Below the pieces are notes generated by a model. It made no database searches, was not told the DNA's origin, and saw only the letters and a program-made list of their open reading frames with translations. Shown here piece by piece: positions 49,851 to 62,745 of a stretch of DNA of 64,000 nt. The position numbers and the translations under genes are program-made. The stretch comes from Owenia fusiformis (lineage: Eukaryota). Location: the NCBI GenBank assembly GCA_903813345.2, contig CAIIXF020000001.1, forward strand, positions 26,102,001-26,166,000, given 5' to 3'. Positions within the stretch are counted from its first letter, which is position 1. Every line of letters begins with the position of its first letter.

Positions 49851-52150
49851 ATGGCTACATGTCTCATTTGCACTGGTGAGCTTGGGGAGGGACAAGTTAT
49901 GATTTGTAAGGCGTGCGTTGATGTAGTAAGTCTTCCTTTTCCTTCAAAATCTGATAACCAAACTAAATAAAGTATTGTTTATATGATATTTAAAAATCTA
50001 ATATACTTTTTATGTTAAAGCTTGGACTTATTCTTATTATGTATTTAAATAATTGTTGTTTTGATCCTTTCAGATTGAGGAAAAGCGTAAGGAAAAGATG
50101 AAACATAGTAATATTCTCTTATTAATTTATTTTTGTGTGGAAGAACTTTCTAAATGAATGGATTCTTGTTGTAAATTTCAAATATTTCAGTTAATGTAAT
50201 CTGTACATATTTTAGGACTTATGCTGAAGTGGTGTCTCCTCCAGCTATTGAACTCTGCGGGGATATCATTGCCTGTGTGCAGAAGTAAGTTTAATATTTA
50301 TGCTTCTGAATCAAATTCAATTTACTTAACCCCCTATACCTCGGTTTGAGGCCATTTAGTCATCCTCCTGTCAAAATACCATAATTTTTGCCTTCATATT
50401 AAAACAGCATTTTAGTAATTTCAGATCCGTGGGCAAGTCGTCTGAATCCTTCAGTATTGCACCTGTTTATGTTATGTTTTAATTTACAACCATTTAATAT
50501 CAGAAATCTTTCTGATATAAATGTGTTGACAAAATTGCAAACATCACAATGAAACTCCATTCTGTTTTTTAGAATTAAATACTCAATCCAATTACAGTAC
50601 ATTCTTTTTCTTTACTATATTTTTGAAAAAAATAACCACTTATATAAATTACACCACTGACTTCTATGTTCAAAACTATTTTGATGCATAATACAATTAG
50701 TATTTTGCAATATTGCCCTCATGCATAGCATTATTAAGAAAATTTTAAATTCTGTACTTAGGACGTCTGAGGAGATAGTCCAGGAGGTTGCAGAGGTGGC
50801 TGCAGAGAAGTGGGAGGATGGGAAGCCAGGGACCAGCCAAAGTCCCACTCATGGGTCCTTCAGGTATAAAAAGGTAATAATTAACTGTCAATAGAGAATT
50901 TATTGATATATATTGTTTTACAAATTTAAGCTTATAATATACTTATACAAGGGCCGATCAAAAAGTTCCTTACCATTATGACATATGTGAAGAGCCAATA
51001 TCTCTCGATAAATAATAAGAAATAAAATAAATAAAAATAACATCTAATAATATTTTGATGCATAATACAATTAGTATTTTGCAACATTGCCCCTAAGCAT
51101 AGTATTATTGACAAAATTTTAAATTCTGTACTTAGGACATCTGAGGAGATAGTCGATGAGGCTGCAGAGGAGGCTGCAGAAGAGGGAGGATGGGAGGCCA
51201 GGGACCAGCCAAAGTCCCACTCATGGGTCTTTTAGGTATAAGAAGGTGATAATTAACTGTCAATAGAGAATTTATCGATATATGTTGTCAATTAAATATC
51301 TATTTAAATTATAGAAGGAAAAGAAATCTACCTTAAGGTAGATGTTGTTCTGAAAGAAAGGCAGCAAAATGCAGTGTTCAAGACACGTAATTCAGTGTTG
51401 ACTGTGAGCTCGCAAGGTGTAGTCAAGTAAGTTTTAAGATAAACCAACAAGTATTTTTAGACAATTCTTTCATGGTCTTGTAGCCTAAGTAACCTTCATT
51501 TTTAAGCCTTTTTCCATTACTGAGAATAAGAAATCTTATTTTGTACTAAGGTAAAGTGATTTACCAATGTAACTATATTCATGAATCTTTTCGGCTTGAA
51601 AAGTGTGTCACAGATATAGAAAACAATGTATTTAAATACAACCTTGAAGACATTGAGTTTTCCCAACATCGAGTCCATAAGAAGTTGGTCTACAGGGTGG
51701 GCAAATAAATTGGAACATGGCTCCTGTTTTAATTGATGGAAATTGTGTTGAGACCATTTGAAGGTTACATATTGTATTGTATGTAAGATATTGTATTTTC
51801 AGCAGTGATGTCTCTACCTGAGAAAATTTGGAATTCTTTCATGAAATACATGTACGTTGTACTTTTTTATTGACCCATCCTGTATATATTAAACGAGAAA
51901 AAAAAATATTTGTGTAGCACCTGGTAATAGTTCAAAAATGAGGATTGAATACTCTATGGTTGTCCAATATGGATGCATGTATTCCTGCTTGTTTTATCAA
52001 CCCTTTTATTTTACAAATTCAACTTAAGAATTTACACATTTTTTAGATTGCTTGCCATGAAAGTAATGCATAGAGTGTATTGTTTTGATCTGGATTTACC
52101 AGCAGTTGAGGTTCTTAGTATTATAGAAAGTGTCGCTTTGAAGAAAAAAG
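49851..52150 (+). other. Exon series of an unidentified, probably TE-borne gene
   Basis: GT-AG flanked exon-like blocks: MATCLICTGELGEGQVMICKACVDV (CxxC..CxxC), TYAEVVSPP.., duplicated TSEEIV..GTSQSPTHG exons, ..AVFKTRNSVLTVS.. A complete frame was not resolved. Confidence 0.45.
51693..51882. mobile_element. Tc1/mariner-type MITE
   Basis: TA-CAGGGTGGG...CCCATCCTG-TA. Confidence 0.65.
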
Positions 52151-53112
52151 TGAGTTAAATTCAGTTCTTTTCAAATAAATTGATTGTTTTTACTTATTAT
52201 TTTATGGCATAGTATAATAAAACTGATAATATTGATACCCCTTCAATATAGAGCTGTTGAATGTGTCTATATATCTACTCACAATTCTGATCTAATGCTA
52301 TTTTTGGGTTTTACAGTTTGTCTTTGAGCTATAATCTCGATCATGACATGCTAGTTATATGTGGCTAAATGCTTCTGGTAATGTAATTTACTTCTGAGAT
52401 CAAAAGTTTAACCGAGCCCATGTAAATTTAATTTGAAGATATGCTCAGAAAACTGAGCATATCTCCCTTAGTGAGTAAAATATAGTAAAAAAAATGTTTA
52501 GTTTTATTACATTTTATAAAGGTGCACTCCTGTTATTGTCTCTAAAAAAGCAACTTTTTGTTTTAGTTTTTAACCTTTAAACAGTCAGGGGGAGGCTTAT
52601 ACTCTGAGGGTTAATGCATAATAAGAATGACCTTTAAAACATGATTTAGTTCTTCAACTCAAATGAATTTCTGAAATTTTGGAATTGATGGATGGCAAAT
52701 GTAATCCCAAGATGAAAATAACATTCATAATCAAAGATATAAGCATCTTAAATTAGTTTGAGCAACCTATATGTCCTTTCTCTACTATGTACAGTATTTG
52801 TTTCATTTTTATATAATATTTACTCGGCGTGCATCTCACCACAGTGTTTGTTATGTTTGACTTCATATGATGTTTTGGAAGGAGCCTCATAGAAAAATCA
52901 CAAACTTTCTCTCTTATCCAAGGATTGTCTATAAATTAGAACTTAATGGAGAATTGGATTTATGATAAAATACCTCACTTCATTTTATGGGATATGGGAT
53001 CTAAACAATAACAACTATACCATGTATATATCAAAAATAAAAAATACGAGGCACTTTAAGTTTGTGATTGAATAGAATTTAGCAGTAGTTAGCTAAACTG
53101 TAAAATCTACAG

Positions 53113-54959
53113 AGTGCCAAAACAGATTCAAGTGTCAAAAAAGAAGGAAGCATACCTGCCCAACATGTTTGAATAAATATAGGGACTTTCCTAAACATTT
53201 AAGACAAATACATTTTAAAGATCCAAATTACAAAATTCCCCAAATCTTTAAATCAACATTTTTTCATGAACATTCCAGAAAAAGGAGAGTGCCAAATCAA
53301 GCAAGACAATATAAATATAAAGAATGTAAAAAATGTGGGAAAAACATCCAAAGACTGGACAAACATTTAAAAACATGTGAAACATCTGTACCAAAGAAAT
53401 CAAAATTCAAGACTACAAGTTATTTGTCAAGCAAAATAGACTATGGCGTAATACTATGGTCGCCCTGTCTAAAAAGAGAGAGCTTGAAAATCAAGCAAAT
53501 AGTGGAGAAAATCTCCCGACAAAACAAGACATTAAGGACTTCCATTGTTCGGCTTATGTAAAAAAACGAAGAATTAATCGACCAAGAAAAATTGAAAGTA
53601 GTGATATGTATCACCTGTGAAACTACTTGATGACAATTATCTGCATCTCAAATGCATGCCTGGTGGGACCAATCATGAATCTCGAATGTAGGCATGTCAA
53701 ACAAGCAGACAAAATTGGACGTTATGTTAACCATGTAAGTATTACTGCAAATTAATCATGCAAGCTTCAGTAAACCATTTAGGAAATCGAATTGGAATTA
53801 CTCCTTTTTCCATGTAGTATTTACTGACTGTTTTATGGGGGTTTTGAGACTGACAGATTTTCATGTTGTACTGGGGATTGAATGTAGAATTTACTGAGTG
53901 TTTTATAGGGAATTTGAGAATGTCACTCTTTGATGTTGTAATGGGGATTGAATGAAATATTAACTGATTGTTTTACAGGGGAGAGGTTACAGTTGTATCA
54001 CCAATTCCTGCTTTTGTGTACCAAAGAAATCAAAATTCAAGACTATGAGTTATTTGTCAAGCAAAATAGACTATGTCGTAATACTATGGTCGCCCTGTCT
54101 AAAGAGAGAGCTTGAAAATCAAGCAAATAGTGCAGAAAATCTCCCGACAAAACAAGACATTAAAGACTTCCATTGTTCGGCTTATGTAAAAAAAACGAAG
54201 AATTAATCGACCAAGAAAAATTGAAAGTAGTGATATGTATCACCTGCGAAACTACTTGATGACAATTATCTGCATCTCAAATGCATTCCTGGTGGGACCA
54301 ATCATGAATCTCGAATGTAGGCATGTCAAACAAGCAGACAAAATTGGATGTTATGTTTACCATGTAAGTCTTATTGCAAATTAATCATGCAAGCTTCAGT
54401 AAACTATTTAGTATTTACTGACTGTTTTATGGGGGTTTTGAGACTGACAGATTTTCATGTTGTACTGGGGATTGAATGTAGAATTTACTGAGTGTTTTAT
54501 AGGGAATTTGAGACTGTCACTCTTTGATGTTGTAATGGGGATTGAATGAAGTATTAACTGATTGTTTTACACGGGAGAGGTTACAGTTGTATCACCAATT
54601 CCTGCTTTTGTGTACCAAAGAAATCAAAATTCAAGACTAAGAGTTATTTGTCAAGCAAAATAGACTATGGCATTATACTATGGTCACCCTGTCTAAAAAG
54701 AGAGAGCTTGAAAATCAAGCAAATAGTGCAGAAAATCTCCCGACAAAACAAGACATTAAAGACTTCCATTGTTCGGCTTATGTAAAAAAACGAAGAATTA
54801 ATCGACCAAGAAAAAATTGAAAGTAGTGATATGTGTCGCCTGCGAAACTACTTGATGACAATTATCTGCATCTCAAATGCATGCTGGGTGGGACCAATTA
54901 TGAATCTCGAATGCAGGCATGTCAAACAAGCACACAGAATTGGACGTTATGTCTACCAT
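53113..54959 (+). pseudogene. Degraded zinc-finger / tyrosine-recombinase-like exon with internal deletion; 3' part triplicated in ~600-bp units
   Basis: CPTC..H..H and CKKC..RLDKH, then three copies of QNRLW..ENLPTKQD..NYLMTIICISNA(C/F)(L/W)VGPIMNLECRHV with stops and frameshifts; paralogous to 59014-59924. Confidence 0.75.
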
Positions 54960-55040
54960 GTAAGTATTATTGCAAATTAATCATGCAAGCTTCAGTAAAC
55001 CATTTAGGAAATCGAATTGGAATAACTCCTTTTTCCATGT

Positions 55041-55830
55041 AGTATTTACTGACTGTTTCATGGGGGTTTTGAGACTGACAGATTTTCATGTTGTACTGGG
55101 GATTGAATGTAGAATTTACTGAGTGTCTTATAGGGGATTTGAGACTGTCACTCTTTGATGTTGTAATGGGGATTGAATGAAGTATTAACTGATTGTTTTA
55201 CAGGGGATTTGAGACTGACACTCTTTGATGTTGTACTGGGGATTGAATGTAGTATTTACTGAGTGTTTTAAAGGGGATTTAAGACTGACACTCTCTGATG
55301 TTGCACTGGGGATTAAATATAGTATTTACTGAGTGTTTTATAGGGGATTTGAGACTGACACTCTTTGATGTTGCACTTGGGATTGAATGTAGTATTTACT
55401 GAGTGTTTTATAGGGGATTTGAGACTGTCACTCTTTGATGTTGTACTGGGGATTGGATGTAGTATTTACTGACTGTTTTATAGGGGATTTGAGACTGACA
55501 CACTTTGATGTTGCACTGGGGATTAAATATAGTATTTACTGAGTGTTTTATAGGGGATTTGAGACTGTCACTCTTTGATGTTGTACTGGGGATTGGATGT
55601 AGTATTTACTGACTGTTTTATAGGGGATTTGAGACTGACACACTTTGATGTTGCACTGGGGATTAAATATAGTATTTACTGAGTGTTTTATAGGGGATTT
55701 GAGACTGACACTCTTTGATGTTGTACTGGGGATTGGATGTAGTATTTACTGACTGTTTTATAGGGGATTTGAGACTGACACACTTTGATGTTGCACTGGG
55801 GATCGAATGTAGTATTTACTGACACACTTT
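55041..55830 (+). repeat. 70-bp minisatellite, about 11-12 units
   Basis: agtatttact recurs every 70 bp (55251, 55321, 55391...). Confidence 0.95.
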
Positions 55831-56924
55831 GATAATGTTCTGATGAAACAATAAATAAGTGAAAATCACTGTGATACAAATAATAAATCCAGTATTTTAT
55901 TACCACTCTGCAATTTATCTCAATGAATCTGGTCCATGTAGGATTAATTATATCAATATCCTCTCTTTAAATCAATGTAAGGCGAAGCAAGAGCATGATT
56001 AAGAAACCAGTGTAATAAAAAAATGACCCCCTTCCTTACCTAAGCTATGTTGACAATTGCCTTTATCAACAGCCTGTTTCATTATATGTACATTTTTTGA
56101 TTGTATTTAGACAATTCTATTTTTTTTTGACTCATAAGCATGACAATGATGACATATGTGAAGAGCCAACACCTCTGGATAAATAATAATAAAAGTATAA
56201 AATAAATAATAATGGCCTCTAATTTAAACAACACCATTGACTCCTATGTTCAAAACTATTTTGATGCATGATACGATTATTATTTTGCAATATTACCCTC
56301 TTGCATAGTATTATTGACAAAATTTATAATTTTGTACTTAGGACATCTGAGGAGATAGTCGATGAGGCTGCAGAAGAAGGAGGATGGGAGGCCTGGGAGC
56401 AGCCAAAGTCCCACTCATGGGTCCTTCAGGTATAAGAAGGTAATAATGTTCGAGTAGGAGGAGCCCATATCTCTGGAGGTTCTGGAGCCTGTAGCTGCTG
56501 CAGTAGATGAGGTAGGAGTCAATCCACCACATGACTAGAAATTCCTTTAGTGTGCACCCTTATAAAAAACTACCATTTTCTCCCAAATTAAATTGTTACA
56601 TTGAATATCATGTAACCGTCCAACATTTCAACAATGAAGATCAAAGGAAACATCATTACTTCAAACATTAATGAATAGTACCATGGGTAATGGGCTCACA
56701 TTGTGTTGCTCAAGAGTGAATCATGGCTAAAATGGCAGAGAATAAAAAAAATGGATGTAATTTTTGCATATTTTTTGTTACAAAACTATTTCATACAACT
56801 ACTCTTTACAGTGTCATGACTTTTTACAATGCAGGACACCTTAATTTGATTATTTGTAAAGCTAGACAATAATATATAGTTATATCTAGCGCCAAAAATG
56901 AATAAACCCTATTCTCTTGAATTA

Positions 56925-57444
56925 CTGTACTCCAGGTATTGTTTGCGTGAGATTTGATTTCTCTTTGTTCGCGAATGTAGTAAAATCACCAACATTTATC
57001 GTCGAAAATTTGTCTTTTAAATCCCCAGGGATTTTACCCGTGACTTTTGATATGTTTCTTTCGGTGTAAAACGTCTCATCCAGTGTTGTTGGGCGATAAT
57101 TCTAAAAAGGCCTAAAATGTCTAACATTTTGAACATTTTGAATAGGCTTATTAGGCCAACAAAGGCAAGAACTGTTGATGACAATGACATCCTACAAATT
57201 GAAGTTGAAAAAGCCATTCAAGAATATTCAAATAAATGCCCTAAACATGGGAAATACAAACATTATTCGGATTTTGAACGGGCTAATAGCCAGATACGCA
57301 TTGATTCACGGTTATAAGAAAACAATTCAAGTTGTGCAATCTGCGAAATGTCATCAACTCAAATCCGCGAAATTAAATAGCTAGGAAATTGCAATTTTGA
57401 AAAATCGCGAAATTTTATAGCGTCGAAATTTACCAGGAGTACAG
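56925..57444. mobile_element. Tc1/mariner-type MITE
   Basis: TA-CTGTACTCC...GGAGTACAG-TA. Confidence 0.6.
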
Positions 57445-59013
57445 TATATAGAAAACAATATGCCTATGAACGTGAGCTCCAATATTCTTATTGTTGTTAT
57501 GATATGTAGAAAGTTTCATGCTTCGTTCCATGAATGAACTGTTTCCTGCTTTTTTGCATTATTTCTCTCACTATTAGACACTATGTTTTTTCAGAACCCC
57601 TTTGATATTGAGCAAGGGGTGTGCAGGAGCTGCAAAAGGTACCACCTGGAGACAGAGGTGTGTACCATGCTAATAACTGTTTTATCATGCCTTATAGAAA
57701 TGCATATGCATCTTAGTAATGGTATTCACATTTCCAAATTATCATTTAATATTGTTATCTTCATTCATTTTTAAGAAAGCTTTGGTACTTGCTCGTTCAA
57801 TGTAACCTTTGGAGGGACTTTTGGATCATTAGTTTGGATTTGTCTCTTTTTTAAATCATGTGAGTTAAAGTCCTTTTTTGTTAGACCAAATGTTATTATA
57901 TTGTTTTATTTTTATTTGACATGTACACATGTACCTGAGGCCCCAGCTTCTAGACCAGCCACAAGACCAGCCCAACCAGCATCCAGACCAGCCCCTAAAC
58001 CAGCCCGACCAGCCAGACCAGCCCATATACCAACCCCAATACCAGCCCTTATACCGGTACCAGCCCCAAACACGGTGGAGATCTGCGAGGTGCGATTCCT
58101 CGAGTCCATCCTTGTGTCAGGTACATATTAGACTTATTGTTAGTGTAAACAAACCATCAAAAGTGGTGACATATTGTTATAGCCTTCAACATGGATGATG
58201 GTTGTGTAGTTAATTGATCCGCTTTTGGCTTCTGTAATAAATTCTTACAAAATGGAGACCATAACAAATGGTGTTATTTGTACACAATTTCCAACAAATG
58301 GTATTTGTCTGTAGCAAACATTTTTACAAATGTTGCCTGTAACAAAATCTTACAAATTGCATCTGCAACAAGTTCTTATTATAGAGGGACAAGAACATGT
58401 CGCCATTGACAATGTGATGGCAGATCGAGAGGCAAAGGCTGTGTTCAAGACCCGGAATTCGGTCTTGACTGTCAGTTGCTGGTGTAATAAAGTATGTATT
58501 TACCATAAACCAAGCAATATTTTATATATTTAAAATATAAGGCTAATTTGGAGGAGTTGGTGTGTATAATGTTAACCCTAGATAATTGTTATAGTTGGTT
58601 TTGATTGATTTTAGAAATGTGACCCACTAATGAATTTGACAAAACTACAGATTTATTTTAAAATTCATTTTACAGACTGAAGAGAACGATTGTTAGATAA
58701 GAATAACAAGCTTGATATGAATAATTTATGTATTTCAAGATCCCCTTTAAAATTGGAAGATTTTATTCAGATTTTACCCCATTATCATAATCATAGGCTT
58801 TCAACTAGTTGAAAACCCATGTCATAATCAAATAAACAATAAAGAGTAAATGTTGTACTGAAATCATGAACTAAACATTCATTTAACATTCAGTTTAACA
58901 TGATATAGTATCAATTGAATTTTACTTAGATTTACATGTAGGCATATCAGAAACGTTAATTGAATCAAATGAAATTTTGCAGTAGTTAGCTTGTGTCAAC
59001 TTAATATTTTCAG

Positions 59014-59924
59014 AGCCAACACAGAAGAGAAGAAAACACACATGTCCGACATGCTTTAAAAAGATCAGGTATCTCAAAAAGCATTTCGAGCAGACTCACA
59101 TGAAGGACCCCAAATGCAAGATTCCTGAAAATTACAAAAATGATTTTGCACATGAGTATACGAAGCAAAGGAAAACATCTGGGAATGTTCGGAAATACCA
59201 GTACAAACAATGCCAATCTTGTGGCAAAAGTGTTCAAAGGTTGGACAAACACAAATGTAAAAAGGATGTCACAATTGAATCAGCCACAAACAATTTCAAT
59301 GAGAACCTTAACATGTTTGTCAAAAAGCTCATCTCACCATCAGGAGGTAATAAAAGTGAAGAAAGTGCCAACGTGACGAGCTGCGCAAAATGTTCGGTAC
59401 ATTGAAGACCTTCACGCTGGAGTTGGAGGATATAATCCTTTGGACTCAAACCTTCTGAATGAGAAATTTATAGAGCCCGCCTTGAGTGGAAAATTTCCAC
59501 AAATCAAGCAAGCGTCGACCATTAAGTCATATTTAGAAAGCCTGCAAACTTGCCACCAGTACCTTCTATTATGCAAAAATCCATAGATTTTGCGCAATTT
59601 GAACTATTCAAAAAACAGAATAGACTATGGTGTAATTCTATGAATGTTAGGTCTGAGAAGCGGAAACTTGAAAACCAGTCCAATGATGCCGAAAACTTAC
59701 CGACCAAAGATGATATTGTGAAATATTATGGTTCACAGTATGTCAAAGACACAAAATCTCTCTTTGGCAAAGCTAAAGTCAATATCAAAGAAATGTATGT
59801 AATGAGGAATTACATCATGACCGTTATATGCATTTCTAACGCCTGCCGTGCAGGACCTATAGTAAACTTGGAGTGCAGGCATGTTCGTGTCGCTGACAGG
59901 GTTGGAGACTGCTATGTTTACCAT
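59014..59924 (+). pseudogene. Zinc-finger plus tyrosine-recombinase-like exon (Crypton-like), at least 2 frameshifts
   Basis: CPTC..HFEQTH, CQSC..RLDKHKC, F..KLISPSGGNKS, STIKSYLESL (core-binding-domain-like), RNYIMTVICISNACRAGPIVNL (box-I Arg-like); ends at a GTGAGT donor; frameshifts near 59370 and 59580. Confidence 0.7.
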
Positions 59925-59954
59925 GTGAGTATACTGCACAATGATACAGCATAG

Positions 59955-62745
59955 CGAGAATGGTAATAGTTGGGTTTTATACAAGACTAGAGAGAATGGT
60001 AATAGATGGGCTTGATACAAGACGAGAGAGAATGGTAATAGATGGGTTTGATGTAAGCCTAGAGAGAATGGTAATAGTTGGGTTTTACACAAGACGCGAG
60101 AGAATGGTAATAGATGGGTTTGATACAAGACGAGAGAGAATGGTAATAGATGGGTTTGATGTAAGACAAGAGAGAATGGTAATAGATGGGTTTGATGTAA
60201 GACTAGAGAGAATAGTAATAGATGGGTTTGATGTAAGACTAGAGAGAATGGTAATAGATGGGTTTGATGTAAGCTTAGACAGAATGGTAATAGATGGGTT
60301 TGATACAAGACGAGAGAGAATGGTAATAGATGGGTTTGATGTAAGACTAGAGAGAATGGTAATAGATGGGTTTGATGTAAGCTTAGACAGAATGGTAATA
60401 GATGGGTTTGATACAATATGATAGAGAATGGTAATAGATGGGTTTGATACAAGACCAGAGAGAATGGTAATAGATGGGTTTGATGTAAGACTAGAGAGAA
60501 TGGTAATAGATGGGTTTGATGTAAGCTTAGAGAGAATGGTAATAGATGGGTTTGATACAAGACGAGAGAGAATGGTAATAGATGGGTTTGATGTAAGGCT
60601 AGAGAGAATGGTAATAGATGGGTTTGATGTAAGACTAGAGAGAATGGTAATAGATGGGTTTTATGTAAGCCTAGAGAGAATGGTCATAGATGGGTTTGAT
60701 GTAAGACTAGAGAGAATGGTAATAGATGGGTTTGATGTAAGCTTAGACAGAATGGTAATAGATGGGTTTGATACAATATGATAGAGAATGGTAATAGATG
60801 GGTTTGATACAAGACCAGAGAGAATGGTAATAGATGGGTTTGATGTAAGACTAGAGAGAATGGTAATAGATGGGTTTGATGTAAGCCTAATGGTAATAGA
60901 TGGGTTTGATACAAGACGAGAGAGAGAATGGTAATAGATAGGTTTGATGTAAGACTAGAGAGAATGGTAATAGATGGGTTTGATGTAAGCTTAGACAGAA
61001 TGGTAATAGATGGGTTTGATACAATATGATAGAGAATGGTAATAGATGGGTTTGATACAAGACCAGAGAGAATGGTAATAGATGGGTTTGATGTAAGACT
61101 AGAGAGAATGGTAATAGATGGGTTTGATGTAAGCCTAATGGTAATAGATGGGTTTGATACAAGACGAGAGAGAGAATGGTAATAGATGGGTTTTATGTAA
61201 GCCTAGAGAGAATGGTAATAGATGGGTTTGATACAAGACGAGAGAGAATGGTCATAGATGGGTTTGATGTAAGACTAGAGAGAATGGTAATAGATGGGTT
61301 TGATGTAAGGCTAGAGAGAATGGTAATAGATGGGTTTTATGTAAGCCTAGAGAGAATGGTAATAGATGGGTTTGATACAAGACGAGAAAGAATGGTAATA
61401 GATGGGTTTGATGTAAGACTAGAGAGAATGGTAATAGATGGGTTTGATACAATATGATAGAGAATGGTAATAGATGGGTTTGATACAAGACCAGAGAGAA
61501 TGGTAATAGATGGGTTTGATGTAAGACTAGAGAGAATGGTCATAGATGGGTTTGATGTAAGACTAGAGAGAATGGTAATAGATGGGTTTGATGTAAGGCT
61601 AGAGAGAATGGTAATAGATGGGTTTTATGTAAGCCTAGAGAGAATGGTAATAGATGGGTTTGATACAAGACGAGAGAGAATGGTAATAGATGGGTTTGAT
61701 GTAAGACTAGAGAGAATGGTAATAGATGGGTTTGATGTAAGCTTAGAGAGAATGGTAATAGATGGGTTTGATACAAGATGAGAGAGAATGGTAATAGATG
61801 GGTTTGATGTAAGACTAGAGAGAATGGTAATAGATGGGTTTGATACAAGACGAGAGAGAATGGTCATAGATGGGTTTGATGTAAGACTAGAGAGAATGGT
61901 AATAGATGGGTTTGATGTAAGGCTAGAGAGAATGGTAATAGATGGGTTTTATGTAAGCCTAGAGAGAATGGTAATAGATGGGTTTGATACAAGACGAGAG
62001 AGAATGGTAATAGATGGGTTTGATACAAGACGAGAGAGAATGGTCATAGATGGGTTTGATGTAAGACTAGAGAGAATGGTAATAGATGGGTTTGATGTAA
62101 GGCTAGAGAGAATGGTAATAGATGGGTTTTATGTAAGCCTAGAGAGAATGGTAATAGATGGGTTTGATACAAGACGAGAGAGAATGGTAATAGATGGGTT
62201 TGATGTAAGACTAGAGAGAATGGTAATAGATGGGTTTGATGTAAGCTTAGAGAGAATGGTAATAGATGGGTTTGATACAAGATGAGAGAGAATGGTAATA
62301 GATGGGTTTTATGTAAGCCTAGAGAGAATGGTAATAGATGGGTTTGATACAAGACGAGAGAGAATGGTCATAGATGGGTTTGATGTAAGACTAGAGAGAA
62401 TGGTAATAGATGGGTTTGATGTAAGCTTAGAGAGAATGGTAATAGATGGGTTTGATACAAGATGAGAGAGAATGGTAATAGATGGGTTTGATGTAAGACT
62501 AGAGAGAATGGTAATAGATGGGTTTGATGTAAGACAAGAGAGAATGGTAATAGATGGGTTTGATGTAAGACTAGAGAGAATAGTAATAGATGGGTTTGAT
62601 GTAAGACTAGAGAGAATGGTAATAGATGGGTTTGATGTAAGCTTAGACAGAATGGTAATAGATGGGTTTGATACAAGATGAGAGAGAATGGTAATAGATG
62701 GGTTTGATACAAGACGAGAGAGAATGGTAATAGATGGGTTTGATA
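59955..62745 (+). repeat. 36-bp minisatellite (AGAGAATGGTAATAGATGGGTTTGATGTAAGACTAG), about 77 units
   Basis: Direct inspection; several recurring unit variants. Confidence 0.97.

Noticed and set aside
59955-62745. CRISPR-like repeat/spacer appearance
   Set aside because: The variable parts are about 11 bp and recur many times; the context is eukaryotic and there are no cas genes. This is a minisatellite.
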